From: an uncultured Alphaproteobacteria bacterium
GTDB taxonomy: Bacteria; Pseudomonadota; Alphaproteobacteria; Rs-D84
Assembly: GCA_947305255.1 (NCBI GenBank)
Contig: CAMZDE010000001.1
Span: 8,305 to 72,304 of the forward strand
Length of the DNA stretch: 64,000 bases
Direction of reading: 5' to 3'
Every line of letters starts with the position of its first letter. The stretch's first letter is position 1. The position numbers and the translations under genes are program-made. The notes under the pieces are model-generated. The model did no database searches, was not told the DNA's origin, and saw nothing but the letters and a program-made list of their open reading frames with translations. Positions 59,815-64,000 of the stretch are shown piece after piece.

Positions 59815-60513
59815 TTAAAGATTTTTTACAATCCCGTCAATTGTTTTCTTATCAATTTCTATTATTTTTCCAACCCCCAAATTATTCAGTTTTATTTGAC
59901 CATATTGAATACGATGCAACCCCACAATTGGCGATTTAATAAATTTGAAAACTATTCTGATTTCGTTCTTTTTTCCTTCTGTCACAGTGACGCGCAAATT
60001 ATTTTTATCAATAACCTTTATATCCATCGGGCGATATTTTATTCCATCTATTGTGACGCCCCGACGCGCAATATCTAACCCTTTTTCCGAAAAAGAATTT
60101 ACCGTCGCAATATAAGTTCGCGGAATATGATTTTGTGGCAAAGACATCTTGCGCGCAAAATTACCATTATTAGTCAACAACAATAATCCACTGGTTTTAA
60201 AATCTAATCGCCCAATATATCGCAAATTAGCATACTTTTTATCCAACACATCATATATTGTTCGACGCCCCATCGGATCAAACGTTGTCGTCATAGTATT
60301 TATAGGCTTATGAAACATATATAATTTTATATCATCTGGTTTTTGTATTTTTGCACCATCTATATATATGTCATCATCTTCATCTACAAAAAACACAGGC
60401 GTAACAACCGGAGTTCCATTAACAACGACCGCACCCGATAATATCAAATCTTCTGCCTTGCGACGCGACGCATATCCTGAATCTGCGATAAATTTTGCCA
60501 AACGTTCCTTCAT
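59815..60513 (-). CDS. rRNA pseudouridine synthase (RsuA/RluB family)
   Basis: N-terminal S4 domain (RLAKFIADSGYASRRKAEDLI) and catalytic GRLDFKTSGLLLLTNNG. Confidence 0.8.
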   Translation of the reverse strand: MKERLAKFIADSGYASRRKAEDLILSGAVVVNGTPVVTPVFFVDEDDDIYIDGAKIQKPDDIKLYMFHKPINTMTTTFDPMGRRTIYDVLDKKYANLRYIGRLDFKTSGLLLLTNNGNFARKMSLPQNHIPRTYIATVNSFSEKGLDIARRGVTIDGIKYRPMDIKVIDKNNLRVTVTEGKKNEIRIVFKFIKSPIVGLHRIQYGQIKLNNLGVGKIIEIDKKTIDGIVKNL

Positions 60514-61169
60514 TTATTCAAAACCTTTGCTATTGCGACAACCGCCGCAGTTTCTGCACGCAACACTGTTTTCCCCAACGAAATACCAATTGCGCCCGAT
60601 TTATCAATTTTTTCAAATTCAGAATCTGAAAAGCCACCCTCTGGCCCAATTAAAACCTTTGAAACATTTTTATAATCGCCGTCAACATCTTTCCCATGGG
60701 CGGCGCGTTCATCGGCAACAATAACACCCTGCAAATCCAAATCATCAAATTTAATAGGTTCCAATAATTGCGGAACACTATTGCGATTTGATTGTTCGGC
60801 GGCCTCTACTACAATCTTCTTCATACGCGCCCAATTTACATGATGTGCAACCGTACGTTGTGTCACAACAGGCTGTAATACCGCAACCCCCATCTGTGTC
60901 GCCATATTCAATAAATCTTCGATTTTTTTAATCGGCGCGAAACAAAGCGTCAAATCATTAGACGGATCAACATGTTCTGTTTTTTTACCTATTATAATAT
61001 ACCTATCATCGTATGATAATTCCGCCCTATATTCATCACCGTTATTAAAAACCAAACAATCGCTTTGGCGCATAACGCGACGCAAATAATGAACAATATC
61101 TTTATCCACAGCAAATTTTTTATTTGCCCCTAAATCTTGGTCTAAAAAAATTCTTGGTATATTTTGCAT
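60510..61169 (-). CDS. rsmE: 16S rRNA (uracil1498-N3)-methyltransferase RsmE
   Basis: MQNIPRIFLD N-terminus (PUA-like) and C-terminal SPOUT knot (LIGPEGGFSDSE...GKTVLRAETA). Confidence 0.75.
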   Translation of the reverse strand: MQNIPRIFLDQDLGANKKFAVDKDIVHYLRRVMRQSDCLVFNNGDEYRAELSYDDRYIIIGKKTEHVDPSNDLTLCFAPIKKIEDLLNMATQMGVAVLQPVVTQRTVAHHVNWARMKKIVVEAAEQSNRNSVPQLLEPIKFDDLDLQGVIVADERAAHGKDVDGDYKNVSKVLIGPEGGFSDSEFEKIDKSGAIGISLGKTVLRAETAAVVAIAKVLNK

Positions 61170-61221
61170 TTTTTTAATCTTTGGCTATAAAAAGGTTCCT
61201 TTTTGTGATATAATACCAGTC

Positions 61222-63480
61222 ATGGCAAGAAAGTTCAACATTTTCTCTAGTTCTGATTCGGGCAAAGGATTAAAAATATTTGAATCCAGCGCATACAAAG
61301 AACACGAACAAACCCCATTGGCGCGAAAATTCTGGGAATTGCGTTATGATGTCATTTTATGGTTAATATGCGCATTGGCATTTGCATTATCTTTCATTGT
61401 TGAACACATATGGCGATATGGTTGGGGGCCGGCCACAGAACATTGGATAAATATATACACGCGCAATATGTTGATGACGGGTGGTTTTTCAGTAATCGCT
61501 GAAATTCCATATTGGATATCACGAACATTTATGCATCCTGATTACGCCTGCATTACACCGTTGTTCCCAATTATTGCATACTATTTTTTATCAGATGATA
61601 ATTTCAAAAGCGAATTCAACCCGCATAGCAAAGATAGATACGACGAAAAATCTTCGCGCAAGGCAACTGTGGACGACATCAAAAAAATGGCCAAAGACCA
61701 TAATAACAAAGAAGGCCTATTCAAAGGTTTTATGATGGTGTTGGGATATTTTAAATACAAAGGCAAAGATACCCCGTTAATGTTTGACGAACCATTATCT
61801 GCATTGTGCGTTGCGCCTCCGGGGACTGGTAAAACAACAGGCGTAATCGTTCCAACTATTTTGGATTGCGATACTGTTTCAATGATTATTAACGACCCGA
61901 AACCAGAATTAAAACAAATCACGTCTGGATATCGTTCAACGATTGGGCCTGTGTTTATTATGAATTGGGCGGGTCAAGACGAACCTGAACGCGGCATATA
62001 TTATCCATCTTGGAATCCATTGTCGCCTGAACACGTTCCGTATAACCCCGAACAACGTGATTTGTACATTGATGCAATCTGTAAAGTTTTGATTCAAGAT
62101 ACAGTCCAAGATCCGCACTGGGGAAACACTGGTCGTGCCGGTTTGGCCGGATTAATCCACTTCATTGTGTCCAAGGTAGAACGAGCCAAAGCAGATGATT
62201 ATTTTTACGCCCGCATAAATAATGGCACACTAAACAAAGATGATGCCGCCGTATTGGGTGATTATTATTTATCTATGATGAATGACCCGAATGCATACGC
62301 TGCATATTCCCTATTACAAAAAAGCGAATTAAACGCGATGAATTACGTCCACGTCGGAACATGGGCGCACATACCCGACGCATGGCGTGGCAGAGAGGCT
62401 TCACTTTCCATGATTCTTGATTGGATTACGGCCAGCCAAGTTGACATCGCCGACCAAATGGCCGAACGTCGTCGTCAGGGCGACCAAATGGTTATGATGG
62501 CCGACCCAATGAAAGATTTATTATTGAACGCCGTCGAAGAAGCGCGCCGTTTTTCATACGCACACCGATCTGTTTCTGAATTAACCCAATTGGCAAATAC
62601 GCCTGAAAAAGAACGTGGTTCTATATTATCAACAATGATGGAAGGTTTGGCAATATTCCGTAATGCCGCTGTCCGCAATCGCACCAGCCATTCTGACTTT
62701 CACTTTGCCGACCTGCGCGGATTAAAAGACCCACGTGACGGCAAAATCAAACCAGTCAGCGTATATTTATCTGTGAATCTGGTTGATGCCCAAGCGGTCA
62801 ACCCAATCACGGCAATATTCATTGAATTGATGTCCAGTTATTTATTATCACACACACCAAACACATTGGTTGATGGGCAACGCGTTGGACCGTACGCTGT
62901 GTTGTTTGCATTGGACGAAATGCCAAAAATGCAAAAGTTAGACGCTGTTATCCAAGGCCCTGATTTAGGGCGCGGATGCAAAGTATCGTATTTAATCATC
63001 GGCCAAGACATTCACCAAATCCGCGAAAAATACGGCGAAGACGCCGCATCAACAATTATATCAACGACCGCTGCAAAAATCGTATTGCGCCAAAACGATC
63101 CCGAAACCGCCAGTCGCTTTGCCAACATGATGGGATTAAAGAAAACTAAAAAAGTAGAGGTCAAAGACGGCAAAGAAATCGAAACACCAAAAGAAGAACC
63201 CCTTTATACCGAAATGGATATTATGAAATTACCGGCCGACAAACAGTTGGTTATCTATCAAGGTTGGTATCATCGCCCAATCGAAGCGACCAACATACAA
63301 TATTATCTGAACAAAACACCGGTGCAAAAAAGATTGATGGAAAAGATAGCAATGGGCGAAACGTCCCCTCTGCCTGAATTTTTAATTCCGTCGCACCATG
63401 CAATTATGGGATATGACGGGGTGCCGCGCGTTTATAATCCGCAAACCAAAGAAATTAAAATATTAGAACCGCTGAAATAA
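61222..63480 (+). CDS. type IV secretion coupling protein (VirD4/TraG/TraD family ATPase)
   Basis: N-terminal TM helices. Walker A VAPPGTGKTTGVIVPTIL. Walker B-like FALDEMPKM. 752 aa. No other T4SS genes nearby. Confidence 0.65.
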   Translation: MARKFNIFSSSDSGKGLKIFESSAYKEHEQTPLARKFWELRYDVILWLICALAFALSFIVEHIWRYGWGPATEHWINIYTRNMLMTGGFSVIAEIPYWISRTFMHPDYACITPLFPIIAYYFLSDDNFKSEFNPHSKDRYDEKSSRKATVDDIKKMAKDHNNKEGLFKGFMMVLGYFKYKGKDTPLMFDEPLSALCVAPPGTGKTTGVIVPTILDCDTVSMIINDPKPELKQITSGYRSTIGPVFIMNWAGQDEPERGIYYPSWNPLSPEHVPYNPEQRDLYIDAICKVLIQDTVQDPHWGNTGRAGLAGLIHFIVSKVERAKADDYFYARINNGTLNKDDAAVLGDYYLSMMNDPNAYAAYSLLQKSELNAMNYVHVGTWAHIPDAWRGREASLSMILDWITASQVDIADQMAERRRQGDQMVMMADPMKDLLLNAVEEARRFSYAHRSVSELTQLANTPEKERGSILSTMMEGLAIFRNAAVRNRTSHSDFHFADLRGLKDPRDGKIKPVSVYLSVNLVDAQAVNPITAIFIELMSSYLLSHTPNTLVDGQRVGPYAVLFALDEMPKMQKLDAVIQGPDLGRGCKVSYLIIGQDIHQIREKYGEDAASTIISTTAAKIVLRQNDPETASRFANMMGLKKTKKVEVKDGKEIETPKEEPLYTEMDIMKLPADKQLVIYQGWYHRPIEATNIQYYLNKTPVQKRLMEKIAMGETSPLPEFLIPSHHAIMGYDGVPRVYNPQTKEIKILEPLK

Positions 63481-63482
63481 TA

Positions 63483-64000
63483 ATGCGTAAAATTATCCTG
63501 ATTTGTTTTTTGTTTTTGACTGCTTGCGCGTCAACAATGATGTCACATCTGGACGGCGTGCAATCCGATTTTGCAACCGGAAATTATGAAAACATAACCA
63601 AAGACAAAAATATCCAAGACGCAAACAATCTTGATTTATTGATTGATGCAACCGCCCTATTTCACGAAAATAAATTCCAAGAATCAGACGCCGCTTTTGA
63701 AGAATTCAACAAAAGAAATATATCTGAAACATCATCGTCTATATCACGCGAAACCGCAACATTATTATTTGGCGGTGGCGTTAATTCATATAAACCATAT
63801 ATGATGGATTCATTGTTTGTATCGTATTACCAGATTTGGGATTTGTTGGCATTACGTGATTGGTCAAATGCGCGCGTTGTGATAAACCAATCATATGAAC
63901 GCCAAAAAAATATGTCTATTGAATATAAAAAATTAATAGAAGAAAACAAAAGCGAATTGGCAAACCATTCGGAATTAACCGATAAATTAAACGAAAACAA
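63483..64000 (+). CDS. hypothetical lipoprotein (3'-truncated by window end)
   Basis: MRKIILICFLFLTACAST lipobox. ORF runs off the window. Confidence 0.4.
   Translation, partial: MRKIILICFLFLTACASTMMSHLDGVQSDFATGNYENITKDKNIQDANNLDLLIDATALFHENKFQESDAAFEEFNKRNISETSSSISRETATLLFGGGVNSYKPYMMDSLFVSYYQIWDLLALRDWSNARVVINQSYERQKNMSIEYKKLIEENKSELANHSELTDKLNEN

Noticed and set aside
61101-61109. Perfect DnaA box TTATCCACA
   Set aside because: A single box lying inside the rsmE coding sequence, with no cluster or AT-rich DUE nearby. Likely chance.
1-64000. CRISPR arrays, rRNA genes, transposases or IS elements, restriction-modification or toxin-antitoxin genes
   Set aside because: Looked for short regularly spaced repeats, rRNA-like conserved blocks and DDE transposase or integrase ORFs. 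None found. The only repeats are the pilin paralogs, the three leader/secreted-protein modules and the tRNA-Phe fragment.

Overview
AT-rich chromosomal segment from a small, host-associated Gram-negative (proteobacterial) genome. The gene content is consistent with an obligate intracellular alphaproteobacterium: gatCAB, sufBC, sufSE, tatABC, lolA, and a reduced dnaA and thrS. It is densely coded with housekeeping genes: fba, efp, dnaN, asmA-like, uvrC, pgsA, parE, dnaJ, dnaA, dprA, plsY, rpsT, sufB/C, ruvX, gatC/A/B, miaB, tcdA, tatD, nlpD-like, tatC/B/A, lolA, nrnA, recJ, ftsI/ftsL, sufE/T/S, trxA, dksA, thrS, rsmE, pseudouridine synthases, tRNA-Phe and tRNA-Lys. Four things stand out. (1) Eight small genes sit in tandem (7.3-11.5 kb), all encoding prepilin-type (type IVb/TcpA-like) pilins with a conserved N-terminus and variable disulfide-containing C-termini. 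Two of them are mosaic near-duplicates. (2) A lipoprotein secretin and a TcpQ-like partner lie about 12 kb away. (3) Three dispersed paralogous genes encode small secreted proteins sharing the motif HIATTAYVKGAYN...YTTWDDD. Each is preceded by a conserved ~210-260 nt structured leader. The leader carries an extended -10 promoter, three stem-loops with compensatory base changes, and mutually exclusive terminator/antiterminator pairings. I regard it as a candidate undescribed riboswitch/attenuator. (4) Other noteworthy items are an ~890-aa secreted Cys-rich repeat protein, a standalone VirD4/TraG-like coupling ATPase, a tRNA-Phe 3'-end direct repeat, and an extra small ORF inside the gatCAB cluster. 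No CRISPR, rRNA or obvious transposase was seen.
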